Source of the DNA: Syncephalis fuscata S228
Lineage: Eukaryota > Fungi > Zoopagomycota
Assembly: GCA_025786725.1 (NCBI GenBank)
Contig: JAHLTZ010000073.1
Span: 1-49,553 of the forward strand
DNA length: 49,553 nt
Reading direction: 5' to 3'
This document shows, in pieces, positions 25,890-38,430 of this stretch. The position numbers and the translations under genes are program-made. How positions within the stretch are numbered: the stretch's first letter is position 1; each line of letters opens with the position of its first letter. Under the pieces are notes generated by a model. It searched no databases. It had not been told where the DNA came from and worked only from the letters and a program-made list of their open reading frames with translations.

Positions 25890-27409
25890 GAAAAAATTAG
25901 AAAAATACATTGTTTTTAATTTAAATTTTCATTTTCTTTAAATAAATACACTGTTTTTTAAGTTGCCCCATAATAATTCCTTTTTTAAATTTATTAAACT
26001 TATTTATTAAATAAATATACTTTTAATTGTATTTATTGCAGTACACCAATTTAAAAAATTCATCACAATGTCTACCAAACTGTTTAAAGAAGCTATATTT
26101 AACTGTATTAAAAAACTGACGCCCGCTGTTGGCGAGTTTAAGCTTGTTAACGGTTGCAATTTTAAAGTAAAAATAGCGATTTAACAAGATTACAGCTTAT
26201 TTGCCCTCATAAACACCGTTTCACCAGCAAATGCCAGTTTATCTTGACTGCCAAGAGGCAAAAAACTGGCTTGGTACAGATTGTTCAATGCAATATTAAG
26301 CATTTTAATAGTTGTCCATATGCTTTTGATAATAATACTATTAGATTTATTACTATGTTACAATAATGCTGCTACATTTTTAAATATAAAATCTACAGAT
26401 CTACAAGTAAAAGCATTAAGGTAAGTACATATTTGATTATTTAATGTATACTAATAATTGCAATAGCTTAACAAATGCTATTATTTTATACAAGACTTGG
26501 TATGCTTTGGTTCAATAAAAATGCATTGCTATAGCACCAGTAACAAATGCTGTAACTTTAATCAAGTAACAAAGAAGGAAAAGAAATAGAAATAGTAGCT
26601 CAGTCAAATGTTTTAATATCAATTTAATAAAAAATATTGCTATCATCAAATAACTTCAACTTTTAACAATAGTTTAAATTAGCAAGTTTATAACAAAACT
26701 GTAATTGTATAGATGTTGTAATAATTAAAATAAACTGAATTATAAAAAGCATATTTATTGCTAGTTAAGTAATAGTATTGTGTATTTACAATGTTATTGA
26801 ATAAGAGTTACAAAACTTAAAATTCCTGATGGGACAAAAGTTAATTACAATAAATGCGACGAATTTTAATTTAAACCTTTGTTTTTTTGTGTAATTAAGT
26901 TAATTTTAGCAATATTAATAGTAACGCCAATCATGTTCTATTTGTTAAAGACTCCCAACAATATACTTGTAGTAAATACATTTAAAAAATACAATACAAA
27001 AATATGCTGTGTAAAATTAGTACTAGTAGTATTAAAACAACAGTCAATGTTGTAATAAACGTTTTTTATTGAACAAATACAAACTAGTTATGAAACAGAG
27101 CAAAAAAGAAAAAGTACCATTAAAAAGTATTTAATCCGTGGTAAACGTCATTATAAAAAACGAAGTGTGGAGCAAATAAAAAACGATTTTATTAACAAAT
27201 AAATTTAATAAATTTAAAAAACTGCCTATTTTTCTAAATAAAATCAAAAAACGGTGTATTTTTGTGACGGAATACGTGGACGTATGAGCTAGGGAATTTG
27301 CCTATCCATATATTAATGGATGAATTTTGAGAAGAAGAGTTGTTTGTCTTAAAAATTCTAGTTTTCTCGTATTCAAAATAAACACAGTTACATTTTTCTA
27401 ATTTCCCCC
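25890..27409 (+). mobile_element. Non-autonomous Mutator-like element (MULE) remnant, copy 1
   Basis: TIR-like ends AAATTAGAAAAAT (about 25894) and ATTTTTCTAATTTCCCCC (about 27392-27409). Internally a decayed MuDR-type domain starts at ATG 26068. About 25945-27236 is near-identical to about 31185-32482. Confidence 0.8.
26068..26520 (+). pseudogene. Decayed MuDR/Mutator transposase N-terminus (zinc-finger DNA-binding domain plus helix region)
   Basis: With one frameshift at GTAAAAATAGC it reads IFNCIKKLTPAVGEFKLVNGCNFKVK/NSDLTRLQLICPHKHRFTSKCQFILTAKRQKTGLVQIVQCNIKHFNSC, matching the MuDR pattern F..v.kSD..R....C..C.f.l.a...I...H..C. It also contains a GTAAGT...CTAAT...ATAG intron at about 26421-26466. 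Confidence 0.65.
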
Positions 27410-27587
27410 TATTAATAAGCCATATCCTTTGGTGTATTACCATGATGATTTAAGGGCTTATTGTTCGTAGTCAAACCTCATACGCTTGTTTATTTTGTTG
27501 TTTCCACTCCTTATCTCTAATATATCGACTAACACGACAGTGACTACTAATATATATTTCTAATTGTCTAGTTCCTTGGAGTGCACG

Positions 27588-30500
27588 ATGCCGGCACAGA
27601 TATCGGTACTGCCTTTTATCGGTCAGCTATTTGCTTTGCAACTACCGCCATACTTTTATCCACTGCTCTTGGCCTTTTGCGTTCTATTTGCCAATTCATT
27701 TGGATTCTCTTTCTCATTTACTCGACAACCAGCCTCTTCGTCGTCGTCTTCTTCTTCTTCTTCTTCTTCGTCGTCGTCGTCTTCGTCGTCTTCAGATTCG
27801 GCCACTGCTACCGGCAGCAGTGTTTCTCGAACGGCAAATAATTTACGCCGACGCCCGTTTTTCTTATCCGTAGTGCCAGTAGCACTACCACCAGTAGCAT
27901 CACCAGTCGAGATGGTCTCGTGGGAACAGGTCAAGCACGAAGTAGTCCAATTTAAAGCGGCTCTACCACGTACAGTTGCGTTGCGCGATATACAATTCGA
28001 TCCACTACTTCGTCGAGCCTATTTTCTAGGACTAGACCCGTATGGCGATGTTCGTAGCAATTCGATTTATTACACAAATATTACGGCACCACAAAACAAT
28101 CTAAATACAAATCCATCGACCGTATTCGCCACAAATACTCTGTCATTGGGTACTTAAAGCATTAGTGAATTATGAATGTAGTATGGATACTAATTGAATA
28201 ATGATTTACATGCTAGATGAATGTACCACAGCAACAACCGTTACAACTAATAAGCAACAGTCCAATGAGCCTGAGAATGATAGTGATAGTGATAACACAG
28301 CGACGATAACGTCAGAAACAGTAACTATTGCGGCTACAGATACTCTTTTAGAGACACAAGCGGTGACGCCACAATTATCCAACCGAGGATGGCAGCATGC
28401 ATTACCCATGAATTGGTTACGGGACCATTGGCAAACAGGCCTATCAATAGAAGAGCAATTGAATAAAGAACGACGTCGTCTATCGTCTGTAGATGGTATA
28501 TCACATTTTCAAGTAGATTGGCCATCACGACGACTAATATTTTCATATGGACATGAAATCTATTACGCACAATTACCCTCCACTATGGTAAATTCGTGTA
28601 ATATTAGTATTAGTTGCAGTAGTTAATTAATACTGTTATTTAGGATGCTAATCCACTATTAAATCCGATAAAAATCACCCAAAATGCGATAGAAGATTCT
28701 CGTTTTGATCCTAAATTAGGTGGCCAAAATCATGATCTTATTGCATTTGTACGTCATCGAGATTTGTGGATCAGTACACTGAATGGTGTAGAGACTCAAC
28801 TTACCTTTACCGGTGATACACCGAGTATGAGTAGCGGTTTAGCCGAATTTGTTATTCAGGTAGGCTATAATAGACGAGTTTACAACATAATATGAATTAT
28901 AATTGGTATAGGAAGAGTTTGGTCGATTTACCGGATATTACTGGTCCCCAACGCAACATAAAGAAAAAGACCATACAGGCCATACGAAAGAAGAATTTAT
29001 ACTGTACACTGAGGTGGATGAATCAGCCGTAGAATGTGTCCATATTCCTCGAACAGGCACACAGAGAGATCATGAAGTACATCGATATCCACGGGCTGGT
29101 GAGTATCGATAAATCAATTAAACGATTTAATTAATACAGTGTACTTTAGGTGGTAGTAATGCCAGTGTAGAACTATGTCTAGTCAGATTTCATTTAAATG
29201 AAGGATCAGTTGATAAAGTGAGTTGATTTAATATAGAATAAACAGATAATTTATACATGATCATGATTAGTATACGAATTCAATTGAAAGACTATGGGGT
29301 AAAAACAATTTAAAGCAGCTTTTCCCTTGGTATGAATATATGGTTAGATTTGGATGGCTAGACGATGGTGTAAAGTAAGTAGAATGTATAGTAATATTTA
29401 TATACTTATTGCAATATAGTATATGGGTTCAGTTATTGGATCGTAAACAACAGAGAACAGTGTTTGTACGTGTGCCTATTGCATGTTTTTCACCAACAAA
29501 TGATACTGCCACAGATGAAACAGTTGAGTTGCTGTATGAAGAATCAAGTCTATATTGGATTAATGTAAGTTGTAGTTAACAACAACAATAATAATAATAA
29601 CAAATATACATATAAACAACCAATTAACGATTTAATGAAAAGATTACCGATATTATACATTTTATACAAACGCCTAATGACTACAATGACCAGCATACAA
29701 TATTTCTAATGGCCAGTGAACAGTCTGGTGTTCGACAGATTTATCGTATTGTGACAAATGATGGTGTTTGGCAGTCTACACCAATTACCCCACCTCAATT
29801 GCATGTTATTAACTCGCCCATTGGTATTGATACACAGTTACAGCAGATCTATTTCATGGCCAAGTCGGATACGCCACTTGAGACTTATTTATGGAGTACT
29901 CAAATGGCATGTCATGCAGATGATGGTCAGCACCGACAACTAACTGGACGTGGTCGATCGGTGATGTCATTCTTTGTTGATGCTACTTCCAATGTGGTGG
30001 CTGTACAGACATCTAATGCACGTGATGGCATGACATGGGAACTATTAAGTATACTTCCAGAGGAGACACCACAGTTAGCATTAATTAATCGGATAATGAC
30101 ACTTGAACGACATTCACTTACACCGGTGCCTGAATTCTTTGAATTTACAGCAGATAGTGGTAATAATATTGGTTGATATGACAATTGAATGGATGAAATA
30201 TTTATTAATTAACATTGATAGGTGTTACACTTTATGGCTGTTACTATAAGCCTGATGGCTATGAGCCTGATGCCCGTTATCCAACACTGCTTCACATCTA
30301 CGGTGGCCCATGTTCTCAGCTAGTGACCGATGAGTTTAAATATCCTCGCCATTTACGTTTGCATTTGGCGGCTCGACTTGGATTTGCCGTGGTGATTATC
30401 GATGGTCGTGGTTCAAGTAATCGTGGTCTTGGCTTTGAATCGGCACTTAAAGGGAAATTAGGCCATGTTGAACTATCTGATCAACTTGTCGGCTTGCGAT

Positions 30501-31063
30501 GGCTAGCTCGTGAACACGGCATTATTGATCTTGATCGCATAGCTATTGCTGGATGGTCCTACGGTAAACTATGCATTACTCACTAGTAGTATACATACTA
30601 ATACCGGCTGTAATGACTAGGTGGCTATCTATCGCTTATGGGCCTTGCTTTGTATCCAGACGTTTTTAAAATGGCCATTGCTGGTGCACCGGTCACTTCG
30701 TGGCAAGAATATGACTCGGCCTACACCGAGCGATATATGGGATTGCCCTTGGATAACGCAAGAGGATACAAACTAAGCTCTATTATGAATTATATTGATT
30801 ATTTTCCCAACGAGTAAGTCTAATTTGTAGTTAATGTTGTGGAACTAATATAGAGTAGAGAGAATCGTTTACTAGTAGTGCATGGATTGATGGATGAGAA
30901 TGTGCATTTTACCCACACAGAACGACTTATTAATGCGTTGATAAAACGAGATAAGCCTCATGGTATTCAGATTTATCCAGGTGAACGACATGGACTACGT
31001 AGTGCCGATGCAAACGAGCACTATGAAACGCTAATGTTCTGGTGGCTACTTAATCATTTGTAG
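27588..31063 (+). CDS. Dipeptidyl peptidase, family S9B, DPP8/9-like; multi-exon
   Basis: Contains EEQLNKERRRL, VIQEEFGRFTGYYWSP, HRYPRAG, HIYGGP, GRGSSNRGLGFE, the nucleophile motif GWSYGG, YDSAYTERYMGLP, HGLMDENVHFTHT and ERHGLR (Ser-Asp-His triad). Confidence 0.93.
27735..27794 (+). repeat. (TCG/TCT)n trinucleotide repeat encoding poly-Ser
   Basis: About 20 consecutive TCN codons in exon 1 of the DPP gene. Confidence 0.9.
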
Positions 31064-31172
31064 TCGTATAAAATTACAAGTATATGGTTATTTTGCATCA
31101 ATTTGTACTTTTTAACGCGAAACTGTAGCGTATTTATTAAAAATGAAATTCGTTAAATTAAATAAATATAAA

Positions 31173-32489
31173 GGGAAATTAGGAAAATACACTGTTTTTT
31201 AAGTTGCCTCATAATAAATTCCCTTTTTAAATTTATTAAACTTATTTATTAAATAAATATACTTTTAATTGTATTTATTGCAGTACACCAATTTAAAAAA
31301 TTCATCACAATGTCTACCAAACTGTTTAAAGAAGCTATATTTGACTGTATTAAAAAACTGACGCCCGCTGTTGGCGAGTTTAAGCTTGTTAACGGTTGCA
31401 ATTTTAAAGTAAAAATAGCGATTTAACAAGATTACAGCTTATTTGCCCTCATAAACACCGTTTCAGCGGCAAATGTCAGTTTATCCTGACTGCCAAGAGG
31501 CAAAAAACTGGCTTGGTACGGATTGTTCAATGCAATATTAAGCATTTTAATAGTTGTCCATATGCTTTTGATAATAATACTATTAGATTTATTACTATGT
31601 TACAATAATGCTGCTACATTTTCAAATATAAAATCTACAGATCTACAAGTAAAAGCATTAAGGTAAGTACATATTTGATTATTTAATGTATACTAATAAT
31701 TGCAATAGCTTAACAAATGCTATTATTTTTATACAAGACTTGGTATGCTTTGGTTCAATAAAAATGCATTGCTATAGCACCAGTAACAAATGCTGTAACT
31801 TTAATCAAGTAACAAAGAAGGAAAAGAAATAGAAATAGTAGCTCAGTCAAATGTTTTAATATCAATTTAATAGAAAAATATTGCTATCATCAAATGACTT
31901 CAACTTTTAACAATAGTTTAAATTAGCAAGTTTATAACAAAACTGTAATTGTATAGATTCTGATAATAAATTAAAATGAACTGAATTATAAAAAGCATAT
32001 TTATTGCTAGTTAAGTAATAGTATTGTGTGTTTACAATGTTATTGAATAAGAGTTACAAAACTTAAAATTCCTGATGGGACAAAAGTTAATTACAATAAA
32101 TGCGACGAATTTAATTTAAACCTTTGTTTGTTTGTGTAATTAAGTTAATTTTAGCAATATTAATAGTAACGCCAATCATGTTTTATTTGTTAAAGACTCC
32201 CAACAATATACTTGTAGTAAATACATTTAAAAAATACAATACAAAAATATGCTGTGTAAAATTAGTACTAATAGTATTAAAACAACAGTTAATGTTGTAA
32301 TAAACGTTTTTTATTGAACAAATACAAACTAGTTACGAAACAGAGCAAAAAAGAAAAAGTACCATTAAAAAGTATTTAATCCGTGGTAAACGTCATTATA
32401 AAAAACGAAGTGTGGAGCAAATAAAAAACAATTTTATTAACAAATAAATTTAATAAATTTAAAAAACTGCCTATTTTTCTAATTTCCCC
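31173..32489 (+). mobile_element. Non-autonomous Mutator-like element (MULE) remnant, copy 2
   Basis: Imperfect TIRs: GGGAAATTAGGAAAATACACTGTTTTTTAA at 31173 and TTAAAAAACTGCCTATTTTTCTAATTTCCCC ending at 32489. It carries the same decayed MuDR domain from ATG 31310. A possible degenerate 9-bp TSD is ATAAATATA / ATAAGTAAA. Confidence 0.82.
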
Positions 32490-32751
32490 GATAAGTAAAT
32501 AAAAATGTGGGTGTCAAAGTACAGTAGCTCTGTATTCCATTCAATTAGATGTATAAGGGATTGGACCAGTTACAATTGACTACAACTAGTAAACTGATTT
32601 CAATCAGGCGGCTTTTTTTCTTTTTCTATAGTGAACGTGTGAAAGCGTTGACATATTAACTCGCCGTTCTCTTCATTATTCCTACTCCTGAAGAACAACA
32701 ACAACAGCAGTAACAGCACAAGCAATAACGACGACAACATCTATTATCACT

Positions 32752-33624
32752 ATGAGCGGCATAAATAGTAGCAATACCTATAATGGCGCACCTGGTGCCC
32801 AGTCTATTGCTGATCACCAAGATGTATCGTCTATTCTTGCGGCTGTTGACTTTGAAAAGGCCAAGCTACACCCGATGGCCAATCTCGGCGGTGGCGTCGA
32901 CTACTTGTTCAATAGCGACGACGATCTAATCCCCGGTATGGGCGTCCCACAACGAGGATTTGGCGATGATCTATGCTATGGTGTTGGCACTACATACATT
33001 ACGGGTAAGTAAATACTAGAATCTTTTAAATGCTAAATAACGGATCAAATACTCATTCTGTATATGTAATATATTTATGTAATAGGATTGACTCTTGGCG
33101 GTGCTTGGGGTCTAATGGAAGGCTTACGATCAACACGCAACCTACCGCCTAGTTTTAAAGTACGTCTTAATGGTGTGCTTAACGGTTGTACGCGACGTGG
33201 TCCTTATCTAGCCAACTCGGTAGGCATTCTAGGTAAGCTAAATAAGAATACTACCTTTCTTTTGATAAATACCAAGACAATTAATAATAATGATGATAAT
33301 GATAATAACAGCTATGATTTATACTTGTACCAATGCATCCATTGGTAAAATACGTGGCAAAAATGATTTATTCAATAGTATGCTGGCTGGTGGATTGGCT
33401 GGTGCTCTATTCCGTTCTGCTGGTAAGTGTTGATCATTATAAACATATACACAACTTAGTAAAATGATATTAATATGTTTCTATAATATTATAATTTAGC
33501 TGGACTAAGATCGGCAGGTATTGCTGGCGGTATATGCGCCACACTGGCCGCTGTTTGGCACACTTCGCAAAACTCTATCATCAATTTGCCTATACTTACT
33601 GCACGCAATAACCATCACGCTTAA
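32752..33624 (+). CDS. TIM23: Mitochondrial inner-membrane translocase subunit Tim23
   Basis: Reads RGFGDDLCYGVGTTYITG, GGAWGLMEGLR, KVRLNGVLNGCTRRGPYLANSVGILAMIY and IRGKNDLFNSMLAGGLAGALFRSAAG over 4 exons. Confidence 0.95.
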
Positions 33625-33784
33625 TGAACCTGTGAATGTGCGTGTGCGTGTTGTGTTATAAAAATAAACCATAGATTAACTATAATAATAACAATAATCA
33701 ATGTAAAATAAAATAACTAAAATAATACATTTTTAATTAATTTGTATTGCCAATTTATTTGTGCACAATGCAACAATAAAAACA

Positions 33785-35228
33785 TTAGACAATAATGCGG
33801 GCCTTGGCGGCTTCGCGGGCAGCAGCCTTCTCGCGCTTGCGGAGGGTAGCTTGAGTCTTCATGCCCATAACACCACCACCCCAGGTACGGCGGTGATCCT
33901 CGAACTTCTCGAGGTAGTTGGCGTTGACGGCGGTGACAAGGGAGGCAAGAGCGGCCTTATCCTCATCGCGGACATCGGTGATAGCCAAAGCAGTGGCGGT
34001 CTTGTTGTGGACAACAGTACCGAGGCGAGCCTTACCCTTGACAATGCAGTATGGGACGCCCATCTTGCGGCAGAGAGCGGGCAACCAGAGGACCAATTCA
34101 ATTGGGTCAACATCGTCGGCAATAACGACGAGCTGGGCCTTCTTTGACTCGACCAAGGCGGTAATGTGGTTGATACCGTACTTGACGACAAATGGCTTCT
34201 TGGTCTCCTTCTCGGCCTTACCGTCAGCCTTGGCGGCAGCGGCGGCGAAGATACGCTCCTTCTTCTCCTTGCGGGTCTCTGGGCGATATTTGTTGACCAA
34301 CTTGAAGAGCTGGGTAGCAGTGTTGCGGTCTAGCACCTTGGTGAACTGGTTAAGGGAAGGTGGCACCTTAAGACGCATCTTAAGAATCTTGCGCTGGCGC
34401 TGAAGACGCACATATGCTGGCCAGCGGACAAAGCGAGTCAAATCGCGTTGTGGCTGGATGTCTTGGCCAATGCCGAAGTTGCGAGTACGCTTCTCGACAT
34501 GAGGGTGGACAGTGTTCTTGGCGACCTTCTTGCCCTTGCCTGGCGTCTTGGCCACTTTCTTGGAGCCCTTTTGTGGAGACTATATATACGTGCATGCGAC
34601 AGAACAAGCCATAGGCGGTGCAACGTAATGAAGCAAGAAAAAACAACAATGATCAGCTCGGATTTCTAATACTAAGTCATTGGCGATCTGTATACATGCA
34701 TTGCTTCCGGATAGTGCTATGAGAGCAGCTAGCCAAACCAATACAAGACAAAGAATAACTCAAACTTTGCCAAACTTATCGACAAGTGTGTATGCGCTAT
34801 ATGCATATACACACCTATCAACTCTGTTTATATACAGCCGCCTAAACATACGGCTCAGACTACACACAAGTCGTCAACGCGTCGTATGCCAATATTCCGA
34901 GCATACATTATCATGCAAATGCGTATATCTTGCCGACGATTATAAAAATCAAAGACAGACCAACATTATACGACATCACTGCTACAACAACAATAGTAGT
35001 AGTAGTAGTGCGGTGTATAGTACATTCCTACGCAATAGCTATAGATATGTTTGTTGACGCAATTCGCTAGCTTTACACCATTATCATTTCAACAATGATA
35101 CCGATGCAAGAGCTATTGATATAGCTGCGGATAAAGCAGCAATAACATGTCATCTTCAATGAAAGATTACTGCTATCGCTGCTTTAACGGATGGATGGAT
35201 GGATGATGGATGGACGTTGCCTTACCAT
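33785..35228 (-). CDS. RPL8: 60S ribosomal protein eL8 (L8/L7a)
   Basis: Contains [28 protein letters not shown] and [35 protein letters not shown]. The first coding exon is ATG only (35226-35228), followed by a 646-nt intron at 34580-35225. Strong codon bias. Confidence 0.97.
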
Positions 35229-35969
35229 GATGTGCGTTTATTACCGCTGGGATGCGACGTGTTAAATGTCGAGCCGTTCTGGGTGAAAAGAGAGAAGGAA
35301 TCAATCGATGGTGCAAATCTTAATGATGTATTTATACACTCACAAATAGTAATAATAATTTTATTAGATTGCAAATTTGAAATATTTGCAACTCTGATTG
35401 ATGAATACCTTTCAGCTGTATAAATAAACATTAATACAAACAACCTTTATATTGTTATGCCTATAAGGTATAGCTTTTTAAAATATATAGATGAAAGTAT
35501 GAAATAAACTAAATACTTAGTATTTACTTTAACGCTTAAAATCAAATGTATCGGTTAGTTGATATTGTTTTTTGCTAATAAACATATTTCTTATTGGTCA
35601 TTGATTATCACAATTTAGCTATAGTAATTGAATAAGTTTATGGCGCTAAATAGAAATAAAATACAACTAAAAATTGATTATATTTATTGATATTGAATAA
35701 CGCTATTATTTTATAGCAAACATAGCTAAAAATAAAATTCGAATGCCTTGTAGCATTTCATTATTAACGCAGCATATCAATTCATACAACTGCGCATATA
35801 TTTACAACTAATAATCATCTACTCGTCATATCGTCGTAATAAGCGTTTATTACTAGTAATTAGTGCTAATATCCGATACATATATTACTATTGTCTGTTT
35901 ACAAGTGTTGTTAACGAATTATCCAAGCACATGGTTTATATCTTCGTCATTTTGAAATACCAATAAAAT

Positions 35970-37603
35970 ACTGGTTTACAAATTTAAATATAAAATTGTC
36001 AGGTTAATACTAAAACAATATGTAGTAGTATTAAAAGAACAATTATAATGTAAATGAGTGGTAAAAATGCAATGTAATGTGAGCTAAGTAATAATAATAG
36101 TAGTAGTTTAATTAATAAACCAGTTATAAGTTTATGTATGACTTTACGTATAATCAAGCAAATTACTTGATATTTTGCACAAGTATTCATATAGCATATA
36201 GATAGCTGCTGGTAAAGTATAGTGCTGTTGTATTGCGTGATGATACAGTAACTACGATAATAAGTCAATAAATGTACAAAAATAGCAGTTTTTAGTTAAT
36301 CATGGCTTATATACTTAATATACAGCAAAACGATAGCCAGATTCGAGTTTTCCATGCTTGAATGTACCATTTGGTATAGTTTATAAAAAAATAAATTTTG
36401 CAAAAAAAGTTGGTCAAAATGCAGTTTACGTAAATATTTGACAAACATCTAATCTATATGTATATTAATAACATAAATTGTCACGGTATGTAGATATTCA
36501 TACATACTACCTCGCTGCTATCTTTGTTTTGACGTTGTAGAGTGCTTTGTGTTTACTTTATATTGAATACTTTTTCAGTATTAAAATTTCTAAAATTATG
36601 GAATTTACTTCTTGTTAACAACTATTTATGTAAATTGCATTTTGACCAACTTTTTTTGCAAAATTTATTTTTTTATAAACTATATCAAACGGTATATTCA
36701 AGCATGGAAAACTCGAATCCGGCAATTGTTTTGCTGTATATTAAGTATATAAGCCATGATTGCCTAAAAACTGACATTTTTGTACATTTATTAGTGTATT
36801 ATTGCAATTACTACATCATCACACAATGCAATAATGATATACTTTGCCAGCAGCTATCTATATGCCATATAAATACTTGTACAAAATATCAAGTAATTTG
36901 CTTTATTATACGTAAAGTCATACATAAACTTATGGCTGGTTTATTAATTAAATTATTACCATTATTATTGCTTAACTCACATTACATTGCATTTTTACCA
37001 CCTACGCTATAATCACTTTTAAATATGAGTATAGTTATTATAAATAAAAAATATTAAATTGTATGTTGGTTATGTGTAATAAAAATAACAAATAATGCCA
37101 TTTTACAATGTTCATGGCTATTGTACATCAATGTTAAGGTGTTTTACAATGATTTTGGCTATATTGAATAAACAAAACTTTGTATGATGATCATTGCTAA
37201 TTAAAAGTAAAAGCGAGCGAATCAAAATAATTGTAAATGGTGTTCATCACAAATAAATAATGATTTTATTGCATTTATAATTTTATAAGCTATAAACTAT
37301 ATGATCAAGTAACATCTTATTGTAATGGTATTCTATAACTTTATCTTTTAATGCTTATTAGCACTTATTTTAACACAGAATACAACTCATTGGTTAGTTG
37401 ATACAGTTATTGATAGTAAATCTAATGTACAATTGCCATTAATTACCACAGTTGAACTATAATAAACTCAATACTCTGTATGGTATTACCTAGCAATAAG
37501 ATGGAGCTAGAGACTGGTAATTCACTTTATTGATACAGAATAACACTATCATTGTATAGCAAATACAGCTAATATTAGAATTTGAATACTTTGTATGTTT
37601 CAT
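35970..37603. mobile_element. Foldback repeat family 1, copy B (inverted relative to copy A)
   Basis: About 36630-37600 is a near-identical reverse complement of about 17270-18240. It has the same spacer reversed at about 36440-36612, one unit per arm, and diverged flanking direct repeats at 35765-35880 / 37607-37720. Confidence 0.85.
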
Positions 37604-37990
37604 CAGTAACGCAGCATGTTAGTTTATGTGAAGCTCATATGCTCACAACTAACAAGTAGCTACTCGTCATATTGTCGTAATAAGCATTTGTTACTAGTAA
37701 TTAATGCTAATATCCGATAGGTATATTATTCTTGTGATCGATCATATGCGACTTTGACTGGTGATCCAATCACATGGTATATCCCAGTCACACTTTTACA
37801 AGACCTTGTCCGGAATATCAAAACAGTAACAATATAAATATAAATCAATAGACAAATGGTATAAATATGCCTTGAACTGAATTTTGAGGTTTAGAATGTA
37901 CAAAAGTAAATTACTCAATACTTTCTGACTAACAAACTAAAGCTTGCTCTAATTATCGATCCAAATATTATCCAGCGTGCTTGTTGCATG

Positions 37991-38350
37991 AAAAATCATG
38001 CGTGCATTGATTTTCCCAAACAACGTCATACTTCAACATCATGTGTGAGCTTCGTTTAAACAAAACGGCGTTCATTCCTATCATAATGCTCAGTATGCTT
38101 ATTGCTGCACGAAAAATCATGCGTGCATTGATTTTCCCAAACAACGTCATACTTCAACATCATGTGTGAGCTTCGTTTAAACAAAACGGCGTTCATTCCT
38201 ATCATAATGCTCAGTATGCTTATTGCTGCACGAAAAACCATGCGTGCATCGATTTTCCCAAATAAAATCATACTTCCAAGACCATGCGTTAGTCTTGTTT
38301 AAATAGACTAATATTGATCCCCCATTACAATCTTAACATATTCGTTACTT
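37991..38350. repeat. 121-bp tandem repeat, 3 copies (third diverged)
   Basis: AAAAA(T/C)CATGCGTGCAT starts at 37991, 38112 and 38233. The first two units are identical. Confidence 0.93.
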
Positions 38351-38430
38351 TACCTTCTATTCTACTACTATAGTTTCTGTTAAATAACCCACATCCCAGT
38401 ATATCTGTTTATATACCAACTTGTATCAAC

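Noticed and set aside
25882-27417. TATTAATA as an 8-bp target-site duplication of MULE copy 1
   Set aside because: It is palindromic and AT-only, so it cannot be told apart from TIR extension or chance, and the left TIR is degenerate.
33761-34669. Antisense and alternative-frame ORFs over RPL8
   Set aside because: They are explained by the strong codon bias of a highly expressed ribosomal protein gene.
37991-38350. Possible CRISPR-like array
   Set aside because: The units are contiguous 121-bp tandem copies with no unique spacers, there are no cas genes, and the context is eukaryotic.
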